A stretch of 64,000 nt of DNA from Lingula anatina (lineage: Eukaryota > Animalia > Brachiopoda), in the NCBI GenBank assembly GCA_051362555.1, contig CM120643.1:10788001-10852000 (forward strand), in the 5' to 3' direction. Shown piece after piece: positions 23,601 through 39,000 of this stretch (positions are counted from its first letter, which is position 1; each line of letters starts with the position of its first letter). The position numbers and the translations under genes were made by a program. A model generated the notes under the pieces. The model ran no database searches. It worked only from the letters and a program-made list of their open reading frames with translations, and was not told where the DNA came from.

Positions 23601-26600
23601 AACTTGTTTTAAATAACAAATGGATATAACATTACTTGACAAAAGGATTTTAACAACAATAAAAATTGAGATAATGAGAAAATTGAATCTATGTATTACT
23701 GGATCTTATGTTGAAACAGAGATGAAGATGTTTTGGCATTATGGCAAAGTCATTTTCAGGTGAACTAATTCTGACTTGTCAATGTTGTCGCATGGTGATG
23801 TTCTGAAAGTTAGAAACGAAAGTTGACAGTAAGAAAACACACCCAGACCAATATTTCCAACCACCCTTTGGTACACAAGCTTGGTGTGATCCACACCCTC
23901 ACCTCTAGGCTCCAAAACCATTGTCAGTGATGAGGCGAAGATGGAGGTGAATAAAGGAATGAAGTACATCCAGGGTGCACTAGCGAGCTATGGCTTCCCA
24001 GACTGGTCCTTTCAAAAAGCTACATATACACAACCAGGTTAGGACAAAGTTGGAGGCAGGAAGAATTACTTGAACGTTCCAGTATTTCCATATCTACGTA
24101 AGGTTCAACAATGCATTAATGGGTCCTCTTACATAAAACTATCCTTTCTTTTACTAATATAAAGATTTTTATGACATAAAGAAACTGTCTGATAGACTAA
24201 AGAAAATTTTCAGTCACTGCTGTTTTGTAACATCCTACCAGCCATTTACATGTAGCACCCTCAGCCTGAGAAACCAGTTAGGTTATGTGAACAACAGAAT
24301 GCCCAAAGAAAAGTTGCCCAATGGTGTCTATGATGTAAGATTTAAGGGCAGTGAATGCAAAGACTCACATGTGGGGGAAACAAAACAGTGTATAAAAAAG
24401 CAGAATGTGCCAACACAGATGGCCTAGCTCAGATGACATATAAGACTTTGAATTTACCCACCTACAAAACTCCAGCCATACTTTTGACACAAACCTCGAT
24501 AAAGAGAACTGGTAACTTCAGATGAGGAGTGAAAAAAGGTCATTCATGAGCAGACTGAAGAACTCACCCTCAACAAGCACTGTGGTCAGAGATACCAAAT
24601 ATCACATCAGATTCTGTAGGAACAGACCCTGGGAGACTGCTGTGCAGAACATCACCAGACACTGGTGACAATTCAAAACTAGCTTAGTACCTGAAGAAGA
24701 CCTTGCAACAAGGTTGAAATGTCATGATCATGTTTCAATGTAAGATCCAGTATTAAAGTCAATTTTCTCATTATCTCAGTAAAAATATAACTTGATGAAT
24801 CAAAATATCCACTATGATAACAATTAAAATCATTTACATACAATGAAAAGTTGACAGCCCTGAGGTGATAATAAAATGTATTCTCCAACAGTTATTGTAT
24901 GTGCTGTACTGAGCAACCACCCCTTTGAGGAATTTAAACCGTGAACTCACAATAAAAAAATTTCACCACAAACTCATATAAACAGTATGGAAAATTGTAG
25001 GGAGCAGCTGAGAACCCTACAGCCTTCACGCAGGTGTCTGTTCAACCAGCAGAATAATAATAACACAGTTCTGAAAAAAATTCGGCAAAATTTGCCTAAA
25101 CACCAGGTATGGGCCTGTATCAAAGAAATACATGTTTTAGTCTGTACACAATCTTTCTGGTCAACCCTGAATACACATCTCTGTATTAACACATTTTCCA
25201 TGTTTAAGGTGTAATACACATAACACAACAGTTCATATAACACAAACATGGGTAAACTCAAAACAAAAATTCAACAAGTTTATATCAGCTAGAGAGAGAG
25301 GCCCATCTCCACTTTTAAAGAGGTCATCTAAACAGCAACCTAAAAATGGTCTGATAAGAATGTACACTGCTCTTTATTCAAATAATTCACAAAACTGAAA
25401 AAAAGTTACTTCTGAAGACCTAAAACAATATAAAATACATTATTGATGTAATTCTAATAACTTATATAGAAAAATGCCATCATTCTGATTTTCAAGCTCA
25501 ATCTCCCTCAATCTAAGTACCTCCAAACTAATTCTGGGCAATATAACAGCGGAGACAACATGGAGAGTGAGGTAATCATTATCATGATATTATTTAAAAG
25601 ATTCATACAGTACTCTATCGGTATATAAAAATGACAATAAAAACAACAACAATAACAACAACAACAATAATAATATTACCTTAGTTATGGTCAACTCTGC
25701 CTTTGGAACAGTCTGTCCTACACATTTGTAAAGCACCCTCTTCTCAATATTTCTCAATATGTCACGAGCACCAGCAAGGTTTGGATTATGCGAATTCAAA
25801 ATCTGGTGGAACAAGCTGTCATTGAGCTTTGTGTAGGCTACTACATCTTCCATAGCATTGGACAAATGGTAGGTTTTACTGGAATACAAAGACTGCAAGG
25901 TAAAAAGAGGCAGACATTTGTGTTTTCTTGAATGTTCATTCCGAATATTCAAGAAAGCATGACTTCTTGACTTCTAAGCAATAAATTGCTGCCAGTGGAT
26001 ATAAAATCAAATAGAAAAAATATTTCAAATGAATGACTGACTGAATTTCATGCAATTTTCTTTTCACACTGAAATACAATTATTGAGAGATTATAATACT
26101 AAGGGATACTAATATAAATTCCATTCTTTGAGAGAAATATAGAAACTTTTAACCTTTAAGGTAACACCACATAACATCTTTAAAGAAAACAAGAATTAGT
26201 TTTCATAAAAAAAGCCCATGTGATTTCCATTTAGATATCACATATACATAATCTTGTGCACTATAAAACTATTTGAATCCAGTTTCAATCAAACCCTTGG
26301 GCTACTTAGATATTACATTACATAAAAATATAAGAAACTTATCAAAATAACAATCAGTACAAATGAAAACTAGAATACTACTAACAAGTGAAAAGTCATG
26401 ATTACATATGAAGATGTAACACAACTAGATAAAATAGGGTGACTATATCCTCCTCAACTACAAATCTTAAAAATCATTTTGGTGATAGTCTAAAGGAGTA
26501 CCACCTACAACTTACCCATCTCTCCCTTCTAAGTCAAAATGTGGGTCAGCTTTTGCAAAAGCTTCAGCCATCCTGAAAAACAATTTTAAAAAATAAAAGA

Positions 26601-28552
26601 CTTAAAAAATATCTATAATCATCTGCCATCTTCACTGTCTTTTAATCTGTTACCCTGAGTTTCAGATCCAATGCCTGCTAGCTTCTTCCTTTTTTCTCCT
26701 TATTTCTAAGCCATATCCAGCAATTGATAACACAGATAAATTTCCAGTAACCTATGACACTCAGGGTGGGTGAAAGGAAATAATGGAAAAACCCCCTAGG
26801 GGTGTATTCCCAGAGATTTAGATCGATCCAGGATTTAGATCGACCTAACTCCCTGGGGGTTCACGCTAAATTGCAGTCAGCCGAGCGCGCACCATAGTTA
26901 ATTACCCCCTTACAGCATTCAGTAGGCAGGACAGACGCTAAAGCTGGCTAATGCCCCTATTTCACACAGACCACGAATCCCACGAATGGCCATGAATTGA
27001 CAAATTTTACGATTCGTGGTTGAATCGTAATCAGTTTGTGAAGTTCTTAACAGATTCGTATATATTCGTAGTCAGTTCTTGCACTTCTTGACCAACAGGA
27101 ATTGGTGGCAAAAACTTTGATGCCCCTATTTCACACAGACCACGAATCGCCAGGAATTGAAAATTTCAGGATTCGTGGTTGAATCGTAATCAGTTCTTAA
27201 TGGATTCGTATATAATCGTAGTCAGTTCTTGCAATTCTTGATCAATCAAGCATTCGTGGCAAAAATTTTGAGCTGTTTAAAGTTTTGGCCATGAACTCCC
27301 GATTCCAAAAAATCGAAATGAATTTCTGGACAATTCATCACTTTACAGTTGTACGTCGACAGGAAACTCGAACTGCATTGTGGGGGGAAAAAAGAGCGCG
27401 AACTCATGGCGCGAAGGCTCTTGAACACAAATAATGACTACCTGCTGTGTTTCAAGTTGCAGAAATGATAGAAGGTATCGAGAAAGGTAATTTCCCCCTA
27501 ATTTTACGATCATGGACCAGAGTGTGTGATCGTCGAGGTTATTCTCCATTATTCGGATACTCGCTGTTTTTGTTTTGCTCTATTTTTTCCCACAATGCAA
27601 TTCTCACGCATGCGTGCAGCGATTTTGTAAGTATCTGTAAAGTGGTGAATATTCGTGCGATTCCAGCCGAATCCCACGAATATTCGTAGAGCGTGTCGAA
27701 TTAGACCAGAAAATTGGCAAAATTTCACGAATCCTCTCGAATCCTGAAATTTGTCAATTCCTGCCAATTCGTGGGATTAGTGGTCTGTGTGAAATAGGGG
27801 CCTAAGCTGACAGTAATCTAGTGAGACTCCCCACAGGGATAGATCGATCTAAAATCTATGGAAATGGGGTCTAGAACTCAGAAGAATAAACCCCCTTATA
27901 TAAACTTTTAGAACTTAAATTACTGTACTTAGTATCATTTTGACTTTTTTTATTTAACTTACATTATTTCCACTATCCTGTTGACCTTATGCTGGTAAGC
28001 CCTCCTATGCAGGACATTTCTGGTATGAAACATGTCATACAAATTCCCCACCTCCTGAAACGAAACAAAGATGTGAAGACAAGAAAATTGTGACAATTGC
28101 TGACATTTAACTTATTTCATAATAAAAAAATGATCATCATATAATCAAATCAGTTGTAAATTTGATATCTTAAAGTCTGCAGTGTTAGTACCAGCCCCGT
28201 GCCATATACCAGTAAAACTGAAACCTGACCAATAACATGTCTTAGATTTCTTCAGTTACTGGTCACTGTTTCTGCTTTTGAATTTTTTAATATTTTGTGA
28301 GTTTCACCTTATCCCTGGAGCAAATCTGTAGATGTCCATCCACTCTAATAACTCTGGCAAACTTTATGAATCTGTTGTGGTCAAAGATGCTGTTGATTCC
28401 CAAATGATAGCAGTCTCTCTCAAAGTAGTCCCATTTGTCCACATCTATCCCATTCCTCTTGTTGGCAACAACCTAAAATTAACAGAATTGTCTCTTATAT
28501 ATGCCAGATAGGTGCTATAACTCTGGGCTAATAAGGATGTAAAATAACACCA

Positions 28553-28614
<62 letters not shown>

Positions 28615-31600
28615 AACTTGATCTGAGAATGCCCACTTTTCCCATTGCAACCCCGACAATTTGTAAATCTTTCGGTTTTTGATGATTTTGCAATCATTAT
28701 AATTTTTTGGTTGGACTGGCAATGATTTATTTCTTTAATGACCGAGTAGGTAAATTCATGTTTTCAGTGATAAAGATACAGAATAAGCGTAAGCTACATA
28801 CCTCATACAAAAAACTTTTTTGCTCTTTTCGCCCCAAGTAGTTCCAACCCTGAAAATAGAACATAAAATTACATTAAAAAAACTAACATTTGATACAGCA
28901 AAATATTTTACTTCATATTTTAACCTTTTTTAAAAATCTAACTAGTGGTGAATGGCATCACTTTTCATGCAATACTCTCTTTTCCCTCACCACAAAACAA
29001 TGGAACATTAAAACATTAATTTAGTTTTATAATGATTTTTTGATTCTTGTGCAAAAGGACCATTTAAATTTTGATCCTTGTAGTTTTGCCCACAATTTTA
29101 TCCCAAATTGCATCCAGCTTATTTCGAGAAACTTGTGGTATAATCATAAAAACTACTTATTATCAAACATACTCTAAGGTATAAGATATAATGACAACTT
29201 TTGCTTTTTCTTTCCTGAGCAACAGCAGAGGTATAACTAGCAATGGCAATGATCCTAAGCTGTTATACTGGACTAACATATCAATGTTACATTATCCAAC
29301 AGCAAGTGCCAGAGCTTTTTGTTACAGTAGTAATATCAAAAATTATGCAACACATTGGCCATAACAGAGCAAATTAGATGTGTAAGGGAAAATTAAATGC
29401 ATTAGTTACTACCAATCACCTGTTGCACATCCCTTTCCTGTGGCCCTGCAATTTGTTCTTTGATAAAGACCCTGTCCCTCTCTCCCAGCCCATACTCCTC
29501 AAATATTGGCTTCAGATCATTGTCTTCCACTAAATAATCAAACATTTTCACAGAACTGTCTTCGTGCTGAAAAGAAAATAATGTTGAAAAAGTTAACTAA
29601 TAAGGTCAAACAGGAACCTCAAACAATTCTTTGGCAAACTACCTTCCCCCACATTAATTAATCCATATGTTATACCAATACAAGTATGCCCCCCCCCGAT
29701 TTGAAAGCAACACACTTCGAGTTTGTTCAACAAAGTTTTACTTCAAAGCATTTTCAAATAATGTAATAAAAATCTTAAAATTATTGGAAAGGGTTAGTAA
29801 ATAATGTTGGTTTGGCACCAAAATCCCAAAACAGTCTCTTGAACTCATCATGAGCATTAGAGGTCATTGGAAACTCACCTCTCTATAATAAGCATGAACC
29901 TGCATTTTCCATTTACAGTTATAGAAACTGGCCAAGTCATGTTTATAATACAAAGGTGAGTTTTCCAGTGACCTATGAGACTTGGGAGTGCTTTAAAGCA
30001 GTCTACATAATAAATTAATGCTGCCTTACCCTCCACTTTATACCCTGTCTAACCATAGGAATGAAAAGTCCATCCCACAAATGTGAGTAGGGGCCGTGAC
30101 CTGCAGTTATCAAGGATAGGATGTTATATTTCATTAATAGGGTTTTTTCCTTTAATTAAAAAAAATGGTAAGAGGTAATAATGTACACAGGTGTATATTA
30201 AATATAAAAAAATGCTACACATCCTTTTCAGCTCATTTGAAAACACTGTTTGTCGAAAAACATTTTAGATTGATCATTCAAAAAATTACTAGTATTAGTA
30301 TTCTTGCCAGTACAATTTAGAAAAAGGTGTGGTCAAAATCTGGTTAATGATAAATTTTATTCCTAGTGTTGATAGATGACTGCCTGATATTGTCACCCCT
30401 ACTGCCATCCAAGTAAATTGGCTAGTACAATAAGCAATGGGTGGAATAACATGGAATAATGCCCATATCTCTGCAACCCAAAAGCAAACAGTCACCATAA
30501 GACGTAACTACCTATATATATAACCATTCCCATTCCCTTTATCAATACCATAAGACTGGGTTCCCATGCCTAGATCGATCCATCTGGATCGGTCTAACTC
30601 CCTGGGGAGTCTCACTAAATTTCTATCAACTTAACCAGCTTAAATGTCTGTCACGCCAACCAAATCAGCTAGGGGGTAAAGATAATTACCCCCTAACAGT
30701 TTTACTAGGCGTGATAGACATTTAAGCCGGTTAAGTTGATAACAATTTAGTGAGACTCCCCAGGGAGATAGATCGATCCAAATATCTGGGGGAATGGTTC
30801 CTAAATTTCAAGTCTGATGCTTGCCAGTAAGACGAAAATGAACCGGGCATGGATTCCACTGGACACTCAGGGTACTTATCCTGGCTGCATACAAACTTGG
30901 TTTGAAACAACTAACCAGATATCTTCAATCTTATAGTAGCCTAAATGAGATTCAAAATAGCTCTGCTATGATTGGATAGAAGTAAAGCATCTCAGGTTGG
31001 TAATTTGAATTTCCAATGTCATGTAAATCAACAAACTGAGAAGAATATGTCATAGTCTTTGCTCTCATATCAGTAACAAAAAAAGTTTTTAGTCTTTAAA
31101 ACAATTTGCAGCTTGATGTTAAATGCTCTGTATGGCCAGAATTCAGGATCACCAAGGAAAGTTCCAAATGCCTATTTGAATCTCACCAATGCCATGCACA
31201 TGTACTTGTGAGGATAATCCATATCTGAACAAGGCAGCAAAGCTGTCAAATGTACAGACAAAAAACAGAAAATAAAGATATAAATAAAAAAGGTCATTTT
31301 GTCAATTTTGATGCAATAATAAATAATGCTTATAATAGCACTGTCAGTCAACACTGAATTTTAATCATGCACAACAGGTAACATGGTCAATAACAGGAGC
31401 GGACCCTGAGATATTTTCTGACAGTATTCCAAAGTATCTATGTTGATCCATCCTCCATTTTGATGGTCTTCCAACAGAAAAAAATAGATACCAGTTAATA
31501 TAAACTTAATAACCTGTCTTCCAGAAGACCCGGAAGATGGTCTCAATCCACCCCTTCAATAAGAAGTTTCAGGACCATGAGAGACCAAAGTCACATGATG

Positions 31601-34600
31601 AAAGTCTCAATATTTGAAAAATGATGACAGTGCATAAAATAATATTATATAATGTTTAAAGACATAAAAAACAATACAATTGCTTATGTGGAAATACAGA
31701 AAATGTGCAGAGCCTTGAGCGGATGAGAGTTAAAAGTCACAAATGCAAGTGTTTGAGAAAAAATTGTAAAGGAAAACATAACAAAACTAGAAAACCACCG
31801 AGAGTGCAGACCTCTGCCAAGGCAGCAATTGTTGATTATTATTGATTATTGATTGATTATTAAGCCAGACCACCACCACTAAAAACTAATCATTGTCCTC
31901 TTTGGCCCAATTCTGACAGTTCCTGAAAATTTCAGCAAAATCGGTCCATAACTTTTTGAGTTATGTTGATGACAGACAAACAGGGGTGAAAATATAACCT
32001 CCTTGGGTAATTATCACTGCTTCCTTATTATTAATCTAGCAGAGAGCTTAACTTTTGGGAGTTTACAAGGAAATATCAACAAGTGTGCTTTATGTAATCT
32101 CCTTTAATGGCCTATCAATTAGGCAAATGACTTTATAACTCAGAAATTAGCTAAGTGATACCCAAGGGATATTAACAGACTGACCCTCTCAAAGGTCTTT
32201 CAGGCCCATAAGTCACATCTTAAGAAAAGCACAAAACAATAATGCACAAAATAGGAGACTACCAATTCTGATGCAATAATACATTATGTTTTACTGCACA
32301 GTCAACATCAAATTTTAATTATGCACAACAGGTAACAACGACGAAAGTAAAAGCATAAGGCTTCAGGCCCATCAGAGTTCAAGTTTATACTTAGAAAGTG
32401 CCAGAATGAGAAAAATGAAAATTTCACACAAAATTGCATAAATTCAATAATAAATGATAACCCAATTGACCTGGCTTACTAATTTGAACTGCATGCCAAT
32501 CCTAAAAATCATACTTGTAAGTTAAAAATAATAATAAGTAACACAGTTTTCTTTTCATAATGTTTGCAGTAGCAATGCAAAAATATTGTTGTCAATTTTG
32601 ATGTAACATTACAAAATAAATTATAGAATAATTATCACCAATTTTTGATTATTGACAATAAATAGCATGGACATGTAGAAAATTTGATCACCATTCGGCT
32701 TCATGTCCATGGGAGCTCCGAGTCCCACAATGAATATGCCAAAAAGATAATGAATATTTCACTCAAGTGTATAACTTCCAGAAAAAGAAGCCAATTAGAC
32801 TGCTTTTCCAACTCATTCTGCATTTACGTCCTGTGTTTCTTTTTTAAAGGTTTGACAGTCATAACACGGTTTTCCCATAATGGTCATCATGGCAGCAGCA
32901 CCAAAAATTGTGTTTTCTTCTATTTTGATGCAACATTATCTTATGCTTAACAGTATAATGACCATCAATTTTTAATAATAGAATATTAGTAACATGGACA
33001 TTCAGAAAACGTGACAAGCAAAGGTCTTCAGGATCTTGGAACTTCAAAGTCACACCTTGAAAATGCCAATAAGTGAAAAATTAAATTTTCACAAAAAACT
33101 GTTTCACTGCCAGAAAAAATTACCAAACAGACTGCATTGCCTACTGAAGCTGTATTTTAGCCCCATGTTTCTTTCCTGTAAGTTTGAAAACAGTAAGTGA
33201 CATGGTTTTTCTTAAATGGTCATTATGGGAGCAGTGCCCAAAATATGGGTTTCTTCAAATTTTGATGCAATATTACATAATGTTTAACAGCATAATGACC
33301 ATCAATTTTTAATAATAAAATATTAGTAACATGAACATTCAGAAAACGTGACTGGCAAAGGTCTGCAGGCTCATGGAACTTCAAAGTCACACCTTGAAAA
33401 TGCCAATATGTGAAAAATTAAATTTTCACAAAAAACTGTTTAACTGCCAGAAAAAATTACCAAACAGACTGCATTGCCTACTGAAGCTGTATTTTAGCCC
33501 TATGTTTCTTTCCTGTAAGTTTGAAAACAGTAAGTGACATGGTTTTTCTTAAATGGTCATCATGGGAGCACTGCCCAAAATAGGGGTTTCTTCAAATTTT
33601 GATGCAATATTACATAATGTTTAACAGCATAATGACCATCAATTTTTAATAATAAAATATTTGTATCATGGATATTCAGAAAATGTGACTAGCAAAGGTC
33701 TGCAGGCTCATGGAACTGCAAAGTCACATCTTAAAAATGCCAAAATGTAAACAAGACAGCACTGTTCTGAAATGGGTTTATTTCCATTTTTAACATTTTT
33801 TTAACATAAAACAAAATAAACAGTTTGTTGCCATTTTTATATGACCAACTAAGAAAATTGATGAGATGGGAAAAATATCAATAGAACAGTGTTAAATGTC
33901 CAATTTCCTCCATTCTGAGATTCTGAACATAGTGGATGATTGAATCTGACAAACTGCAATGATATGAGTTTATTTCCATTTTTGACACTATATTACACAA
34001 TACACGATAACAAGTTTACCATCATTTTTACATAGTCAATTAACAATGTTGTAAAGATGCAGGAAATATCAAACAAACACTTTTACCTATCTTATTAGTT
34101 AAATAATGAGACTGTTAACATGCCTAAGAATTGAATCTGAGGAAATGTGAAAAAACAGCATAACTTCTAAAATAAAGGCCCGACTATGCTGATTTTCGAA
34201 CCTGCATTTTAGTTAGTTTGACTACTCCTGTGAGTATAATGACAATTGGCCTATCTGTTTTTCTTATATTGTGTTATCAGTGTTGCATATATGTTGAAAA
34301 AAGTGAAAAAACAGCATAACTTCCCTAAAAATGGCCCAATCATGCTGCTTTTCGAACTTGACCTGCGGATTATAGATATTCATCAGTTTTGTAAGTTTCA
34401 AGCCAAAAAGTAAAATGGTTTTCCACTTATCGTGTTATCGGTGCTGCATATATGCTGAAAAAAGTGAAAAAACAGCATAACTTCCCTAAAAGTGGCCCGA
34501 TCATGCTGATTTTCAAACTTGACCTGCATATTATGAATATTCATCAGTTTTATAAGTTTCAAGCCAAAAAGTAAAAAGGTTTTTCACTTATCGTGTTATC

Positions 34601-36043
34601 GGTGTTATAATAATGCTAAAAAAGTGAAAAAACAGCATAACTTCCCTAAAAATGGCCCGATCATGCTGATTTTCAAACTTAACCTGCGTATTATGAATAT
34701 TCATCAGTTCTGTAAATTTGAATACAAAATGTAAAACGGTATTCCACTTATCATGTTATCGCTGAGTGCACGGCGACGACAGCGACGACAGACGCAGATG
34801 ATGGCTATATGTACAGACACATCTGTGTCTGTACATAAAAATGGCAGGAGCTACAATCAGGCAGTCTTGCAACAATCACCAGACACCAGATGGGAGTACT
34901 TATGAATGGTTCTTATCAACACTTAGCAATGAGGATATAGTGTTTGTACAACTCACCCAAGTCATGGCAGAGACCTGCTATCTGCACACACAAAATATCC
35001 TGTTCAGTTATCTTTAATTCCCGTTGTCTGTCTTTTAGTTCTCTGACCAGTCTGCCGGCTAAATAACAGACTCTGAAATAATAATGATGATAAATAAATG
35101 AATAACAGTTCGACCTGAAATAACATAAAGGGATAATAACTCTTTGTATGAGTTCTATATTTCACAATAAAAACAATGTGAATAATTCATAGAAATATCA
35201 AATATTCTGTTTTACCACAAAAACGGCAGTTTTAGCTATTATTCTGATATCTGAGCTTGTCTTTAGACCACGTGACCTCCAATGATGGCTATACTCTGTT
35301 AAAATCTCTTAACAATTTTAGCAAAAAAACAAACTTTTTAGTGTTAACAAAAAACGAACTTTTTAGAAAAAAAACAGGGACTAACTTTGAATGTAAAAAT
35401 GGATTCATTAACCATTGGTAAGTATGGGAAAATTGTTGTTTACTCCAGGAAAGTTCATTTTTTGGCCGAAACAAAGAGTTATTATCCCTTTAAGGTATTA
35501 AGTATGCATATTACGCTAAAAAGTCATTTTGTTCTAAGCTATTGGTGCTAAACCACTCCACAAAAAAATATTTTTACAAGCTGGCCAAGCTCATTATTTG
35601 AAGCCCCTATATGCAATCTTGGATTTCATTGTTTTCATAAAACAATTTTGAAGTTCAAATGTTTTAAACATGACACATTTATATAAATTATCAAATACTA
35701 TTTACCCACAAAAATATATTTCATCTTAATGTACAAAATTCTTCAATTTTTTTTTTTACAAAACCTTGTGTTTGATATGATTCTGATCATAGCTACTTTG
35801 TTTGGAGCACTGTCAAATAAAAGTACTGATCATGATAGCACGATATAATACGTGCATAAACACACCATGATAAAGGTAATTAATTTAAGATACATCACAT
35901 CTTAAGTGTTTGATTAATATCCACCATTTCATCATTGCTTTAATTAAAAATAAGTAACTTGGCATCCCATACATGATAAAGACCATTTATTCAAGGTATG
36001 ACAAATCTGAAGCATTAGATCAATATCTACCATTTCATCATTG

Positions 36044-36082
<39 letters not shown>

Positions 36083-39000
36083 AGTAAGTTGGCAAGTGAT
36101 AAAACTACTTGTGTGTTCCCACATATATTACCCTATGGAATGTTCAAATCTGTTATGTGTTGCTCCTGGGAAGACATAATAGGCGCCACCGAGCTGTTTC
36201 AGATATCTCAGTCTCTGGAACTGCGGAGTGTCAATAATACGCACACAGAGAGGGTGTAACTCTATGTGGCCATGGATAGGGTCATTGAATACCTGGAAGA
36301 TTATAGAATAATGTAAGGCAAATGAAATATGATGCGGCTCTGAAAATCCCCATGTTCTCTTTGTTAAATGTAACCTATAAAATAGAGTCAAGAAATACCT
36401 GGGCAAACTTATTTCAGACGACCAATGAGGTTTTATTTCTGGGAGATACATCGGGGAAAGTATCCATACTGTATATGATATTATGCAATACACAGAAGAT
36501 AACGATATTCCTGGAATGTTAGTGATATTAGATTCTGAAAAGGATTTTGATGCTGTGTCGTGGAAATTCATAAATAGGGTACTAGTTTTTTTTTTTAATT
36601 TTGGTGAAAGTATTATTTAATGGATAAATAATTTCAATAAGGGTGCCCAAGCTGCAATAAAACAAGGAGGCAATCTCCCAGAGTTCTTTTACATTAAAAG
36701 AGGCTGCAGACAGAGAGACCCAATAGCCTCCTATCTGTTTATTTTATGCGTGGAAATACTCTCAATAATACTCAAGAATAACAAAAATATAAAAAGTATC
36801 ACTATTGATAACGCCCCTATTTTATTATCACAATACGCAGACGATACGACCTTGATGCTTGACGGCTCAGAAAAGTCTTTATCTGAACTAATGACTGAAC
36901 TAGAGAAATTTTCAAAAATATCAGGGTTGAAAATTAACAAAGATAAAACAATGATAGTATGGATAAGACATATGAAGTTCAGTAATTTAATATTTTTGCG
37001 ACATATGCATCTTGATTGGGGAAAGCATCAGTTTAAATGGGCATACAAAGCGGTTTTAGATGGAAATTATTCACAAAAACTGCACTTCTACAACATCAAA
37101 CAATCCAAATAAACAAGATATATTTCAAATTTAACGTCTAACAGGTGCCCAGTACGTAGAAATAAAGAAATAAAAATTGCATTTACATCCCGCGATTGTA
37201 ACATGTGTGTCGCATGACCCAGATACTATATATGAATGAACGAGCAGGAAGAAGTGTGGGAAAACTGTTCAACCTACTTCCCATCGGTGAAGGCCGAGGG
37301 AGCAGGCGTACCACGTGACTGCCCTAATTTAACAAGTCAATGCAGCGGACGATCTGAAGAAAAAACTTTTTAGCACATACAATGGACATAAAGAATAAAA
37401 GTAGGATTATAATAGAGAGGGCAATAGCATATCAACAGAGGTAAATAAGACGTTAAACGTTCGGAGACCTTGCACCGAGACATCGTCGAATGATGCAATG
37501 GCCACAATGTTTAGGAAGCCCTGATAGTATTAGTAGTAAAAGGTGCACGCGCAGTGAATGAATTGCGCATGCACAAACCATTTTCAAAGACAGCAGAGAG
37601 TAAAACTGAACGAGAAGAACGCTCAAAACACGAAGCTGAAATCGCGTTTTGACGAATAATATACACACCCAGTGGTGAAGATTATTTAAGATAAACAATT
37701 TTAGTCACCACTCTTATGCCATCTCAACAACCATTATAACACCCTCACTCGTTTTTATGCCCCTTAAATCTTTTGGGAATCGAATTTCATGTTGATCTAT
37801 TTCAAATCCCCAGACTTAATTTTGATAAGAAATTGGTAAAAATTAAGTCTATTCTTAAAGCATGGAACAGAAGAATGGCCACCCCCATCAGCAAGTGTAT
37901 GATTATAAAATCCTTAATAATTTCTCAATTAAATCTTTCTTTATATCCTTACCGAATCCTACTCAAAGATTTATCAATGACCTTCAGAGTGATCTCTTCC
38001 ATTTTTTGTGGAACTCAAAGATTGACAAAGTTAAGCACGATATAATTATTAAAAATTACGATGAAGGTGGTGTCAAAATGATACACTTGCCTTCACTAAT
38101 ATCCTCACTAAAACCAACTTGGATTAGATGTATTTTTACAACAAGAGAAAAATGGCAAATTACTGTCGATGAATATCTGAATTTTGAACTTCTGTTGATG
38201 AGTGGTAATGAGTATTTGAATAAATGTTAAAAAGTTTGCCTAAACCGGTCTTGGGGGGATGTGTTATTTGCATGGAAAAAACTCAGGGTCAAGGAAGATA
38301 AGTTAAGGAGGAAAAGCAAGTCTGTGATGGACACCTCTGTCTGTTATAATGAAGCACTAAGAGTAGACAGTAAGGAAATATACTTTAAGAATTGGTTCAA
38401 TAAAGGTACATCTACAATAAGGAATTTTATAAAAGACGCTAAAACATTTACTTTTTTCTCACAAGAAGACATAACTAAGCAATATGGTATTCAGACCAAC
38501 TTCCTAGAATATCAAGGGTGGTAAGCATTATTAAGAAATACTCGAGATTGCATGACATAAACGAATTTGAAGAAATGCTCCTTTAACTCCCAGAGTATTT
38601 AAGTATCTTCTTTAAAAGTAAGAAGGGCTGCCAAGATTTCTATAAAATACTTAGTAAGAATACTTCAATTTCAAAGGGCAAAATACCTTTACCTAGAATA
38701 AATTGGAATAAATTGTTCAATATTAATGTCAAAGAGTTGTCCCTAATAAATAAACTGCCCTTCAACCTTCCTATCAGTCCTAAATTTAAATGGTTCCAGT
38801 ATAAAATAAACCAATATATACTACCGACAAACAGTTATCTTGCTAAAACTGGTTTGGTCAACACCCTCCTTTATAAAAGGAGGGAGAAAGAGATGGAGAC
38901 AATTATTCATGTACTATGGGACTGTTCCGTAACAGAAACCTTTCTAAAAGTAATCAAAGATAAGCTGAGAATGACTTTAGAGAAAAAAAAATTATGTTAG

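Noticed and set aside
28445-28722. Poly-Phe ORFs (and poly-Lys ORFs near 36000)
   Set aside because: Translations of poly(A) tracts in introns.
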